Made by a program: the position numbers and the translations under genes. Shown here one piece after another: positions 1 through 14,099 of a DNA stretch of 64,000 bases (position 1 is its first letter; the number at the start of each line of letters is the position of its first letter). The stretch comes from Eledone cirrhosa (Eukaryota), in contig OZ024743.1 in assembly GCA_964016885.1 (NCBI GenBank), positions 314,526,001-314,590,000 of the forward strand, in the 5' to 3' direction. Below the pieces are notes generated by a model. The model had not been told where the DNA came from. It did not search any database and worked only from the letters and a program-made list of their open reading frames with translations.

Positions 1-450
1 TGCCCATTTATGGTATGTTGGGAAAAATGACTCAGACAACGCGTACCAGAGAACTCCATAGCCCTCATTATAATCCCGTTATGTAGACGACATTAATATA
101 GTAATAAAAACACCCAACACAAGAGTCCCTATGAATCCCAATTAGGAGTTAGCAATTTACAGCATGCTCTCCATGGTGTTAACTCCATACAGCAGAGCAT
201 CGAACTAAGTATAGAGTACCCTACAAAAGATGAAACATGACCAACGTGACCAAAGATAAAACTTAAACATATAAACACACACAGACACAGACACGAAAAC
301 ATGAGCACACACCAAACGGAATACACACATACAAACGCATGCGTAGAAAGAGACAAAGAAAAAACGTTATAGAAACACAACTGGAGGAAACAGCGATAAT
401 CACTGAAGTTATCAGAGCAATGTGTGATGAACGAACTTAGATAAATTATG
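1..450 (+). mobile_element. PLE remnant (RT fragment plus degenerate pLTR/HHR), probably Nematis-like
   Basis: cgttatgtagacgacatt = RYVDDI at ~77-95, then NSIQQSIELSIEYP. The AC-rich tail and 'tcaCTGAAG..tgtgtgatGAA' at ~400-432 resemble the pLTR/HHR at 26666-26915. Confidence 0.55.
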
Positions 451-992
451 TTTATATTTTTAACTGTTGGTCAATCAAAGACAAACATTGATTGCCAGCA
501 AAATTATTTATATCAATATACTGAAGCGAAAACCAAACCAAACAGTGAGTGTGTTTTACTGTTCTAGACATGACCACTGTACATTGTAGCAGGATTTTAT
601 ATAGAAAACTAATTTGTCTATTGTTTCAGTATATCATATGAGACCACTAATTGTAAGATAATGTTCATTAGTTGCTTTATTGACACAGAAATTTAATGTT
701 TATATTTCTCGCTTTACTAAAAGACAGAAACGAGGCACAATTCATAGTAGAATTCTGTTTGTTTAAATATTTTGTTTTAATTCTATATCAATATAAATTG
801 CAAAATTACGTAGTGTGAAATTTTGGAAGGCATAAATCTTCTCAATCTTTTCATAATTATACTGCGAGGTTCAAGGTCCCCCAAAAAAAGAAATAAAATT
901 GCATTTTTAAATTAGAAAAATATTCTAATTTATATGATTCCAGAATGCATAGGCAAAAAAAAAAAAAATGTATTTCACAATCTTTCCAGAAT

Positions 993-1083
<91 letters not shown>

Positions 1084-1230
1084 CCATACACCTGATGAAA
1101 TTGTAGTGGAACAGAGCTGACATGCAACCTTTTTTGGGGCAATTTAAGTTGGTGAACCTCATCTGTTCTCTAGCTAGGAACACAACGGATTTGAGAGAGA
1201 AGAAATGAGAAAGAGATACATAAATATAAT

Positions 1231-1372
1231 CAACCCCAGTACATTTTTACTGCCCTTGAAGAGTAGCAAGTCAAACTTGATGTCGGCATGATTTGAACTC
1301 CGAGCGGAAAGCTTTAATGAACATCTCTAAGCATCTTAGTCGACACTCTAACAGCACTACTATTCGCTGTTC
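1231..1372 (-). mobile_element. Degenerate tRNA-derived SINE
   Basis: Reverse B-box (gagttcaaatc); similar to the copies at 15428 and 54236. Confidence 0.55.
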
Positions 1373-2199
1373 TTTGGGAATTATACCGCAATAAAATGTA
1401 TTACGCTATCTTAGTTTGAGGTCTCAGAGAGAGCATTACAAAAATGAAATTTAGGTTAAAGGTTTCTCTTAAAGATTTATAGAATTTATTGGTAAAATTT
1501 CATGTTTTGAACGTTTTGAATGCATAGATATTTTGCAATCATTTCGGAAAAATGTGGATTAGTAATTTTAGCTTGAGATATCAGTGAGAGAAGAAAGTTT
1601 TGAAAATTACATATTGTGAATAAATATTTTGCAGTTACTTCAGAAACAATTTGTGTCGTGACTTCTGATTGAAATAGTGCAGAAAAAAAAGACATTTGAA
1701 AATTAGGAGAAGTATATATCGTCAATTTTATAAATCCTTGTTAACATTACACACCGTAAAATATTTGAATGCTTAAATATTCCTGCCCATTTACGTTCGA
1801 AAAAAAAATGTTTTGGTTTTGCCTGCTGTATATTTACAATGTAATATTAGATACGAAATTTTAATATCATTTTCAGTCTTCCAATATATTAAAGGTTATA
1901 CATAAGTTATATAAAATCAATAATATAACATGCTGTGCGTACGTACATTAGTATATTGTATTTTCAATATATCGCCATTTTGAATCTCACTGTAGTATTC
2001 AAAACAATATCACACAATTTATCCCCAGCAAATATCCTGTTTTATCGCAACAGTACAGCGTGAATATAAACACGTAGGTGATACCAAGGGGAATTATATA
2101 ATAACAAGGGTACTCATACAGTAATGTTATTACCTACATATATATTTACTTTATGGGTGTGAATATTGTTCTATTGAATGATTTCGACTTAGCACCAAT

Positions 2200-2530
2200 T
2201 ATCCGAACACATCAGAATAACAAAAAGATGTCCATGTGAGTGGCGGAATCGGCCAATGATGTATTTTGTCACAAAATCATCATGGACAGCCGAGTTGGAA
2301 GTGTTATCAACACTGGTGGGTTGGCATATTACAGGCATGTTATTAGAATATCTTCGAAAGAAATCGCTGGACAGATTTTATGGGCAAAACCAGCTGGAAG
2401 GATTTCCAAAGGTAGGTAGACTACGGGAAGATGGTTGGATCACATACATGAGCTCAGTTGGTCTCGCTTGCTGTTACAATTAGTAACGGTTGTTTCGAAC
2501 GGGATCTGCTTGAAGGAGTGTTTGAGGATT
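2200..2530 (+). mobile_element. RTE-like LINE 3' remnant
   Basis: Decayed W-x-GH...GR-x-R-x-W-x-D C-terminal pattern; similar to 51880-52020. Confidence 0.45.
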
Positions 2531-2539
2531 TCCTACCCT

Positions 2540-3680
2540 GTAAATATAAATTGCACAAAACTTTCCTGTATTACCGCCCCACATTATATCCTAACGGATA
2601 GTGCTAACTATACGCGGATATTTTACGTCTTGATGTGGTAGCTAAGTATACGTTATGTTAATACCGTTACTTATTTGTATACGTAAGTATATATTACCTG
2701 TATGTTTTTTGAAGGTACGTATACTTCCTCGTACATATACTTGCTTGTATATGTTATTGGCGTATATATTATATATACTGGTACATGTGCATTTAATTGT
2801 ATACGTGAGTTTTGCGCCTGTGTGAGCATGCGGGTTCGTACGTATGTTGGTGTGTGTATATGTGTACTTTATGTTTTGGTTGACGTTCGTCCGCGAACAA
2901 ATGTGTATTTACATGTGGGGGGGGGGCGCGTTATATACGTATTTATGTGTGTATATTTATATACGTTTATTTAATTATGTATATATATATATATGTTTTT
3001 ATTTATTTTTATGTGTATTTGGTGTATACTTTCGTATGTGTGCGGTACAGGCGTTGCGTGGGTTCTGTATGTGCGCGTGTGTGTTGTTGTCTTTTTTCGT
3101 GTACGTGCTTATATTTGCAAACCCATGGGGAGTGTTTTCGCGTATGCTTGTGTATGTAAGTATATGGATGTGTGTATGTATATATTTAATTTCAATTATC
3201 TCTGTATTTTATTTATTTTATTTACTTTATTCTTAACTCTGTAGCCGAGAATCATTCGGTTTCCTGAATAGAATTTTAGTCTACGACTTCAGTTATACCA
3301 TTTACTTGGTTTTGTCTTTGCGTGTAATTGTTCTCATTGTCCACATAATGATGTATTATCTTCGTTTCTTCCTTTCATTGCCAGAGAACGTCTCCATGAA
3401 TCACCTAATGGACTTCATTTATACCATAAACGTGGTTTTGTCTTCGCGTGTAATTGTTTTCACTGCACCAATTAAGGACGTATTATCTTCTTTTTTTTAC
3501 GTTCTTTGCCAGGAAACGCTTCCACGAAGCCAAGTATCGTCTTCCTGTCTTCCTTCGGCTGCAACGTTTTTTGAAATAGTTACTTCTGCGTTCACAGATT
3601 GACTTTTTTAGTTTCAGAAGATCCCGTTAAGGGTGAAAGCAGCGATTCTTTGCTTAAACTTAAATCTGTTATTTTAATAG
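2540..3680 (+). mobile_element. Solo pLTR/3' end of the Hydra-like PLE family seen at 42170-44805
   Basis: Collinear with 43730-44805 over ~1.1 kb; ends in ctgttattttaata followed by (TA)n. Confidence 0.85.
3594..3669 (+). ncRNA. Type I hammerhead ribozyme, variant core CAGAAGA
   Basis: Stem I agttt/aaact plus acagatt/aatctgt; CAGAAGA; stem II ccc-gttaa-ggg; GAAA; stem III agcag/ttgct; predicted cut after CUU. Confidence 0.75.
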
Positions 3681-3695
3681 ATAAATAAATAAATA

Positions 3696-3811
<116 letters not shown>

Positions 3812-3851
3812 GTGTGGGGGGGCTGTGTGTGTGTGTGTGGGGTGGGGGGGC

Positions 3852-3884
<33 letters not shown>

Positions 3885-4501
3885 GTGGGTGTGTGTGTGT
3901 GTGTACATCTGCATATGAACACACAAAATACATACATTCATACATCCCATATATATATTTATATATATATATCGTTGAAAGCGATAGAAGGCTAATCAAT
4001 GCAAAATGGACGGTAATGTGAGGTAACGAAAAGTCAGTTACCTGGTAATAGTAACTACTTTAAAACTCATAGCGAATGGTTTCAAAATGTTTTAAAATAA
4101 ACGTACAGTATATTATCAAATATACTATACATACATTCATATATATATATATATATATATATAAATATATGATGCGTTTGTGCCCATGAGTATGCGCTTT
4201 CCTTCGATTAAATATACAACTTTATATAATTAAGGCATTTCTCTACTAGAATTTTCAAAGGAAATATCACATTGTAATTCATTTTCATCACATATTATTC
4301 CTATATTGCCATAGTCTTCGTTCCGTTTATATTCCTTCCAGCTTATAATCTATAAACATGCATTTTATTTCAATATGGCACATCAACATAATCACATATA
4401 TTTCTAGGTAACAGCGATAGCGATTAATCGAGAAAATAACTATTGGATAGATTTTTAAAAGTGTGGAATCAGAATGACGTCTGTCTCAGCTTGTCTCGTC
4501 C

Positions 4502-4535
<34 letters not shown>

Positions 4536-4577
4536 GTGTGTGTGTGTGTGTACGTGTGTGTACGTGTGTATGTATGT

Positions 4578-4608
<31 letters not shown>

Positions 4609-5295
4609 TATAGATAGATAGATATGTGTGTACATTTGTGTAAATAAATGCGTCTATGCATATATGTACGCAAACATGTGTGTATCCACATATGCTCATA
4701 TATATGCATATATACATACATACGGACACACACACACAGATACACGCACACACACATACACACACACACGCACACACACACATATATATATATATAAGCT
4801 GATCATTTCCTGCTCAATATGCCAACCAACGTTACGATGATTGATATTCAATCAGCAGGAGGTAAATTTCTCAAAGAAACTGAAGGAGAGGAAAAAAATA
4901 CGAACATAATTCAGAAATGTTCTATATAACTGGAAAGATGTTTTCTTTATTCATCTTGGTAATAGACATAGTAATCTTGCATAGATTCTAACCCTTAAGA
5001 TGTATGTATATATGTCTAAGCCAGTGATTCTATGAAATTCTATCTGAGATTATGGATGTGTCTTATGTATATGTGTATGTTAATCTTTTTATGTATGTGG
5101 GTATGTATGTGTATCTATAAAAGAATATATGTGATTCGATGCATTTCTGTCTGTTTTGTTTTTTTTCATATAGATGCGTTTGTGTTAATCATTTTATCTC
5201 TGGGGGTATGTATGTGTATCTCTATTCGTGTATGTGTGAATAGTTTTGTGTATGTATCTGTGAATGTTTAGATCTGTTCGTATGGCAATAACAGA

Positions 5296-5333
<38 letters not shown>

Positions 5334-5336
5334 TAT

Positions 5337-5384
<48 letters not shown>

Positions 5385-6132
5385 CATTATATATCCATAT
5401 ACATTATATACGTTACACACACACACACATACACACATACACACGCATGCACTTATATATATATGTGTCTGTGTGTGTCTGTTCAAGTATATATATGTCT
5501 ATATATTTATATCTTCCGGACTGGAAAAGAAGTAGACAAAGGCCTATCAGAAGAACAAATGTTTAGAGAAGACATATTTTATGTCTAGAAATGACGATAA
5601 TCACCGAACTAGTACTACGTTCGTCTAGGTGTATATATTATCGTTCCATTAAAGAAGAATCTACCATGTAACATATCATTTCCACAGACTTGTGTTTCTG
5701 ATCGATATTTTATTATCGCAGATATCCTTCAATAGATTCTTTTATTCTTCTACAGTTTTCAGTCATTAATCTGCGCCCATGCTGGAGCAATGCAGTAAAG
5801 AAATTTTAGCCAAACACATCGAGACCAGTAGGTATTTCTTTCAAATTTTGTATTCCTTTTCTATATCTCTATATGTTGAACTACCATGTTACGGGAAATA
5901 ACCACAGAATATGTTACACACACGCACACACACACACACACACTCAAACATAAACACACATACACACATATGGCAGGCTTGTAGAATTTAACTGTACCAC
6001 ATTTCCTTTCCCGCACAATGCATTCGGAACTCGAGGCTTTAAAAGAAGTCATTTGGCTTAGCAACAATGCAGTGGAAATTGTTGCGAAGTGAATTCATTA
6101 ACCACACTGCCCTATCACCCCTACCTCCACCT

Positions 6133-6213
<81 letters not shown>

Positions 6214-7129
6214 ATATGTGTGTGTGTGTAATGGAATTAAGAATAAGGTTAACCACCTAAATCCATTCTTTATTTTTTACATCCGTTTCAATACAGATTC
6301 CAACGGTTCATACATATGAACACAATCGGAAATATTTAATTAGTAATTATTAGCACAATACAAAATACATGTAACTATATTTCTTTCAGGAAATGTGAGA
6401 AGGAACAAAGTTTATCAAATTCAAAGAATAATAAGAATAACTTAATTTCAAATACTGGAGATCTCATGTCACCGAGTGCTCCATAAAGAATGCAGAAACT
6501 AAAGATGTATAAGAGTTTCATGAATACTACATGTAGGGAAGAAACAAACAATGTCATAGGATTGCAAGGTCACACAGTGGCTTGTTTGTATGTATGTTAA
6601 CTAGTGTTTAGGGTGTTGATTTCTTGATCCTAAATTCATGGACCGGACAGTGAATTGTGTTTTTGAGCATGACGCGTCATTACACGATGTTTTACCGATA
6701 GAACAGCGACGCTATCATTAAAATATTCAGAAAATATGAGAGCCAATGTCATATTAACCCAGCTGAACAAGCACAGGTGTGAGCTGTGGATTTCAATGTT
6801 TGCTTTTTTTTTTATTTTCGTGTCTGTTAGCATAAATTGCTGGCATTGATTATTGAGGAAATCTCTATCGTTAACGAATCATTTATATTTAGAAATTTTA
6901 TATTTAATGTAAAAATATCATAGTGAAGCATTTAAGTTTTTCAATGACATTTCAGTCCTTGATATCGTCTTCAGTCTGAGAATGTTAATAATAGGTAATG
7001 AACATACAGACTGAGTTCATTGCACAGTTTCTATATCCGAGGCAAGTAGGATATTTCTCCAAGTATTTCTTTTATAATTTTATGACTAATACGGATTTAT
7101 AATGATTTCTAATTTATGGACATTACCAT

Positions 7130-7312
7130 AGAATTGTTGGGAGGAGAAACTCAGTAAGATTAAACTAATTACTTGACAAATACCTTATCAATCTCGACAG
7201 GATGACAGGCAAAGGAGACATCGGTGGGATTTAATCTTACGCTGATTTAATCAAGAACCAGAACAAATAACGCAAGAAATTGTGTGGACGTCTGAAGATT
7301 CTGCTAATCCGC
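7130..7312 (-). mobile_element. Degenerate tRNA-derived SINE
   Basis: 'gacaggatgacaggcaaaggagacatcggtgggattt' matches the SINE body at 15428 and 54236. Confidence 0.5.
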
Positions 7313-8649
7313 TGTCATAAAATGCTCACTAATAATAGACAATAGTTTAATAATAAACGGCACACACATATTTCCAAAAACGAAGTTTGAGGAAAATGTT
7401 AATGGCTTATTATAAACAATATATAGGATACAGGCATATTTGATACAAACTCTTTTGGGAAAATGTGTGTCTAATTCAATGGAAAACGTATAAACATAGT
7501 CAACGTGCAATAGAACTTATTGTTAAATAAAACGGCTTCTCCCTATAAGGAATTTGTACAGGTTTATTTAATGATTTGTGCTATTTCATAATATTTATCC
7601 GAGTGTTCCAGTTATCTAAAAAATGGAACATCCTACTGGCGAAATTAACTTTCAAGTGGCCGGGATATGCACAGACACCTGTAACTTTAATGTAGTTTTT
7701 TCTGTGATTCAGAATGATACAGCGTGTCACAAAGCTGATCTTTAGTACTTTACCAACTGAGTGGATAAGAGCAACGTGAAATAATATCTTGTTCAAGAAC
7801 ATAGGGTGACGCATGTTTTGAGAATAGAACTGACGACCTCATCTGGAATAAATAAGGTTAAAACGGAGGGATATTTCTGGTTTACCGTACATTTCAATTA
7901 ACCGCCGTCCCATACGACAGACGGAAATGTCAACGTACCTAATTTACGTCATAGCAAATACCTTCTCTTGTATGGTAATCTATTTTCATGAATAAATGCT
8001 TTGTCTCGCTTATTTATATCAACGTAAGATGAAATTACCTTTGTGCAGTGTAATTAAAAATATCAACCAATGAAATAGAATGGCATCCAGATAAACAGTA
8101 TTCAATAACATATAAATCTAAAGCATGATTTACAAACCTAGTCCTGGTGAAATATATAGGTTCAGACATAGATTACGGGAGTATAAAGACTCTCGTCGTA
8201 AACAGATTCTAAAGCCTCCTTAATCTAAAAATTATAAAGAAATGAAAGATGAAACGTTGATTAAAACTAATCAAAATTCAGTTACGAAAGTGAAAGAAGA
8301 CATTAGTAAAGTCAAAAGCAAACATAATTAGAGTATCTTCCATATTAATGGAGCATTGTACCTGCAATACAATGTAAGCTTGAACAATATAATGTTTAGA
8401 CATTACATATATTTGATGGCTAATGTCAAAGGTTACATCTCTCTTTCACCCACTATATATATATATAGCTGCATATGAACGCCCCCTACACATACACACA
8501 AACACGCGTACACACTCACACGCAAACACACATATACATATACACACATATATATATATGTATTCAACTATTTAAGTTGTTCCAGTTCACGGACTTGGGC
8601 TAAGCTGTGGCATCGCCAACACTTTCTATAGTTCATTTTTCTTCGATGG

Positions 8650-9640
8650 CCATTGGCACGTCAGGTAATTTCACCTGGCCGCCCTCATTCCGCTAACAGG
8701 CCCTTGCTGTAGATGTGGTGACGTGAGTGACGTTTGTTTAGATGCTGGTTTATTTCTCCCTGCCAAAGTGTTTTGCTACCTTTTCTTGGATTACCCATAT
8801 GCATATAACCGCGTAACTCTATCGCCTTCTTTTCAAGTAGTAGTCGTATTTCTTGAAACCCCCCTCAGCAATTTGTTGCTTTTATTCAGACGATCTTCGA
8901 GAGAAAATTCTTTGTTTCACGTTCCGGAGTTAATTTAACACAGAATTTGAGCAGTATTGCAGACAATCGAGTAAACATTTCATCAACATGGCCAGTGAGA
9001 GTGCCTTCGTGTACATGCCAAGGGATATCTAAGAGAGATATCACATAGAGTAACGGATAAAGACAGTTCTCCGAGGAGCCCGATTACCAAGTAACGTTTC
9101 TTTTGTGATAGCTGTACTGGCTGTAACAGCTAGGCGTCCATCTTATAAGACGCCACTCCTTATTTGTAAATTATTTCCATAATATGTAGTTTGTAACTTC
9201 ATTTCATAATCAACCTTATTGACGGTATTTGCCATGTCATGGTATATCATACCCACGTTTAAGCGATTTAACATTTGTTTCTTTACCCACTCATAATGCT
9301 GTTAATTTTGGGTATGGAATATTCTTCTCAGTGCAAACCCATGTTGGATATTAGTTAACAAGTCATCTTCTTTCCGGAACAAGATAATCCATTCTGAAAA
9401 TTCTTTCTAAGACTTTACTGATATATGAACTCAGACAGATGGGGCTGTAGCTTTTAGTATCTGCTCCACTTCTACCTCTATGGATAGACATATTTTAATC
9501 TGCTTTAGCTTTTCTAGAATGTTACCACTTTCAGAGAAACTTTGGAGGAGGTACTGTGGTTTTTTTGTTAAGGCCTGTTTTATGTTTCTTAAAAGGATAT
9601 CTAGGAGTGCGGCACTGCCGATGGCGGAAATTGAACTAAT
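8650..9640 (-). mobile_element. Highly decayed CR1/L2/Jockey-group LINE RT fragment
   Basis: Minus strand reads YSPICLSSYISKVLERI...IQHGF, with a decayed D-x-x-K-x-x-DKV region; many stops. Confidence 0.55.
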
Positions 9641-10357
9641 TTCAATTTCTGACTGATATTTTATCTTCCTCCTCTATATCGATATAATTAATGTTTTACA
9701 TGTTTGCAGGGAGATATTTGACATCAAAATACTTACATGGCTGAATTATTTACATGTACCTCATCAGAGCTGTGAACACACATTTGCATTGCTCATTCAG
9801 TATTTCGTTTATCATTAGATTGTGTGCATTCAGTGTTTTTTGTTTTATATACTGTACTGAAGTAGATACAGTTGCAGATTGAATGAGGGTTTTAGAATTT
9901 ATTTAATATTTTCTATAGTACAGGCTTCCCTTTTTGATCTCTCCTTTTCACGAGAGTGTTTCAGTTCAGTTTTATTTCAAACAGTGCCTACTTCAAATAG
10001 GATTCTTTATTATACTTTCATTGTGTGTATAATCGATTCGATATCTTTGGATAATTTTTGGATATCTAGTAAGTAGATTTCCGTGTCTGTTCATTCTCCC
10101 TGGAGCTAATATAATATCTATGTTCTAATATATTATGTTCGGAGAAAAGAGTCGGTAGCAGCTTTTTATGTAGCGGATGAGCTCCACATCATTTGTGAAG
10201 CACAGATCTGGATATTTGACCATTATTATGTGTTGTACAGCTTGTCGCATGAAATGTATGTTTATGATATAAGGTCAAACTGGGATTCTGACTGATTTTG
10301 TTCTTGCGTCTTATATACATCCATGTGCAACCTGCAGTATTCTTCTCCCCATTTTTT

Positions 10358-10425
<68 letters not shown>

Positions 10426-10426
<1 letters not shown>

Positions 10427-10687
10427 GGCACCAGACAGAATTATTTCTTTCATCATTCGCTCTCAATTGGGAATGGTTTTGTATGGCATCAGTTTGTGAT
10501 TTGAACTCGGGAATTGTATATTCTCCGAGGGGGAAGAGCCTGCTGAAGATAGCTCCCTTCTCAATGGAAGTTCACTTGGATTTTCCGTTTATTCTGGAGC
10601 ATGAAACCGCGGTAAAGGCACATATAGTAAATACAGCGAATTTTTGAAAATTTATTTTAAAACTTTTTCTCTATTTGCTAGACCTTG

Positions 10688-10690
<3 letters not shown>
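10426..10690 (+). mobile_element. ~265-bp non-coding HHR-bearing element between (TA)n tracts
   Basis: Unique insert flanked by (TA)n on both sides; contains the HHR at 10538-10619. Confidence 0.65.
10538..10619 (+). ncRNA. Hammerhead ribozyme
   Basis: gcct-g-CTGAAGA-ta-gctcc...ggagc-at-GAAACCGCGGTA-a-aggc; palindromic stem III ACCGCGGT; cut after GUA. Confidence 0.8.
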
Positions 10691-10724
<34 letters not shown>

Positions 10725-10913
10725 CTAAAATTATGATATTGCTTGTCTTTAATGTAATACAGCCAAAGGGGCACATCATGGGAAAATACTTTGACAGGAA
10801 ATTGCCCCTGAAATGAGAATACTAATGGAACAAAACAGGTTTCGCGTAAATCGAAGCACGGGTTCCCGAGATATGGGGTGTTCTGGGTACCTTCATAAAC
10901 AGAGAAAGAGAGG

Positions 10914-10975
<62 letters not shown>

Positions 10976-11233
10976 AAGAGTGAGTGAGAGAGATAGTGGT
11001 TGTGAGAGAGTAGATTGAAAAGGAGAAATAGAGAGAGGGAGTAGAGTTAGAGCAATAGAATGGAATAGAGACAGCTGGTGGTATGGTGAGTGTGTGTGTC
11101 TATGACCAGTGTGTGTCACAGACAACCACATATATATACACACACACACATAATGTATATATATATATATGTGTGTGTATATATATATATGTGTATATGT
11201 ATGTGTATATATATATATACACATGTGCGTGCT

Positions 11234-11272
<39 letters not shown>

Positions 11273-11463
11273 ACAAGCACACACATTTATATATATATAT
11301 ACATACACACACGTATATATATTGGCCTTCCAGTTTCCTTTCACATTATATACAAGCCTTTGTTTATTTTAATTAGTTGAAAATTATGTTTAAGTGAACA
11401 TAATTTTATTTTAATTAAAGTCGAGCACTCTTCAGTCAATAGGATTTTAAACCAATACTGAAC

Positions 11464-13608
11464 ATGGATAAATACCCTTTGGATTACTCTATTAAGAATA
11501 TCCCAACACCTTCTAACACTCTCTACACGAAAATGCTGATAGACAAAGTAGAGAAGGTTGTTAAAAGAATGAGATGGAAAGCTTTGATTCTCGATGGACA
11601 ATTTAACACAGATTCTACGGAATATTTTGACGTCAAAACTCATAAATACCCGCAAAGAGTAAAAGATATGACCGCTTTTGAACTAGACCTAGTTAACCTA
11701 ATCAACAATATCATTTTTTCGTAAGTACTCTAAACCTTTTCAATCTAAACTATCTAATGATATTTCAACATTCAAATCTTCTAATAATAAGTTCATCTTC
11801 TCCGACAAAACTAAAAACCTATATGAAGTTAACAATAATTTACACGACCAACTATTAATAGATAATATCACTTCTAAATACCAAATAGCTAATATAAACA
11901 CGTATCATAATATAAATAAGGAAGCTAAAGAATTAGCTGTTTCTTTAAAAATAGATAATAGGACAGAAAAACTTGCTAAACGTAACGCATATATCACCCT
12001 TAAAGATCACAAACCCGACTTTATTAAGCGTCCTAGTTGTAGATTAATCAACCCTGATAAGACTGATATTGGTCTTGCCACCAAAAAAATTTTAAATAAT
12101 ATAAATACACACATTAGAAGTAAGTCTAAATTACTCCAATGGATAAATAGCTCTTCCGTAGTACATTGGTTTAATAAAATTAAAAACAAAAATAGTTCTA
12201 GATTCACCCAATTTAACATTATAGATTTCTACCCATCTATCACTCAGACTCTTTTAGCGAAAGCTTTAAATTTCGCTAGAAAGTTTACCAATATCCCTGA
12301 TATTGAAGAGAATGTCATCTTGCACGCTAGAAACACACTACTCTTTACTGATAATGGCACTTGGGTAAAAATATCTAACACAGAGAGCCCATTTGATGTC
12401 TCAATGGGTTCTTATGATAGTGCTGATGTTTGTGATTTAGTCGGCCTATTCCTCCTACACACACTTAAAGAAAAATTCCCTAACCATATTTTTGGGCTTT
12501 ATCGCGACGATCGTCTAATACTTTCCCATACCACCATAGGCCATAACTTAGATAGATTAAGGAAAGACTTAATAAAAACCTTTGCTAGTTTTAATCTTAA
12601 AATTACTATTGACACTAACCTTTCCAACGTAAATTTCCGAGATATAAACCTAGATTTGCCTACTGCTTCTTATAAACCATACCATAAACCTAATGAAAAC
12701 TTAAAATATATAAATAAAGGCTCTTGCCATCCTCCTATAGTTTTTAAAAACCTTATCCCTAATATTAGCCGTAGGATCTCCACCCTCTCTTCCTCAGAAG
12801 GTATTTTCAATAAGGCATCCCCCTACTATAATAAAGCCCTCCAAAATAGCGGTTTTAGCGAACCGATTAAATACATACCCAACTATACTAACTCTATTAA
12901 ACATAAAAACAGGAAAAGAAAAATAATCTGGTTCACCCCCCCCCCCCCTACTCTCTAGCAGTTAAAACTAATGTAGGCAAAAAAATCCTAGAGCTCTTAG
13001 ATAAACATTTCCCTAGAACACATAGATACTATAAGATCTTTAATAGAAACTGCGTCAAAATTAGCTACTCATGCGGTCCCCCTATTAAATCCTATATCAT
13101 CAACAAAAAATCACCTAGAGAACATCAAAATTGCTCCTGTAGAATCAAAAGTGAATGCCCATTACAAGGTAAATGCAACACCAAAGCCATTGTATATGCG
13201 GCTAAAGTGACCACCATCAGCAACAACCAACCAGCCACCAGTGAACGATATGCGGGTATGACGCAAGGTAAATTCAAATCGCGTTATTACTCACATGTCG
13301 CATCCTTTCGACATCCAGAAAAAAGATTTACAATAGCTCTGGCTAGCAGAATATGGGATTTGAAAGACCAAGGTATCCAATATAAATTGGATTGGTCAAT
13401 TTTGAACCAATCTAACGAATATGCAAGAGGAACAATAAAATGCACGCTATGTATAAATGAAAAATATTGGATTTTGCAAAACCTTAAATCACCAAAGACC
13501 TGCCTAAACACAAAGACAGAAATTTTCACCAGTTGCCCACACATGAAATCACACCTGCTTTCCAGCTTATATAAACTTAACACACTTTCAGATACTTATC
13601 CTCCATAA
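11464..13608 (+). pseudogene. PLE RT-GIY-YIG polyprotein, frameshifted
   Basis: YSIKNIP, KRMRWKA, QFNIIDFYPSI (motif A Asp>Asn), FDVSMGSYDSADVCDLVG, GLYRDD, CSCRIKSECPLQGKC linker, IVYAAKV...YAGMT, CTLCINEK. Frameshifts at the T-run ~11715 and C-run ~12940. Confidence 0.9.
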
Positions 13609-13675
13609 GCTCTTATTATTCTCTTTAAGACTACCTTTTCTGATTTACTTTCATTTTTAGCCTTATTATTAATTT

Positions 13676-13770
13676 CATTTTTATTTTTATTTTTATTTTT
13701 ATTTTTATTTTTATTTTTATTTTTATTTTTATTTTTATTTTTATTTTTATTTTTATTTTTATTTTTATTT
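13676..13770 (+). repeat. (TTTTTA)n microsatellite
   Basis: Directly visible hexamer array. Confidence 0.95.
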
Positions 13771-14068
13771 ATACTTCACATCCACCACTACCCCCCCCCT
13801 TTATTCTCCGATTCACTTACCTAATATCTTCACTTTCCACTTTTTACTTCCCTATTTTCTTCACTACCTGATTACACAGGTCACTTGCGTTTTCCACTCC
13901 AGATATTTTCTGTTATTTCGCAGCCAATTTTATTTTATTTTTTATATTTGTACTCACTTATTCACAAGGCCGTTTTTACACCTTGTATCTATGTGTCTGA
14001 GCGTCTTTATGTGTGGATACTTTCTGTATATGTACACGAACGCCTCCGTATGTGCACGCACGTGCGTG

Positions 14069-14099
<31 letters not shown>

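Noticed and set aside
6390-6486. Possible terminal host exon (tttctttcag then KCEKEQ...PSAP*)
   Set aside because: Short, with no recognisable domain and no linked exons; needs RNA-seq.
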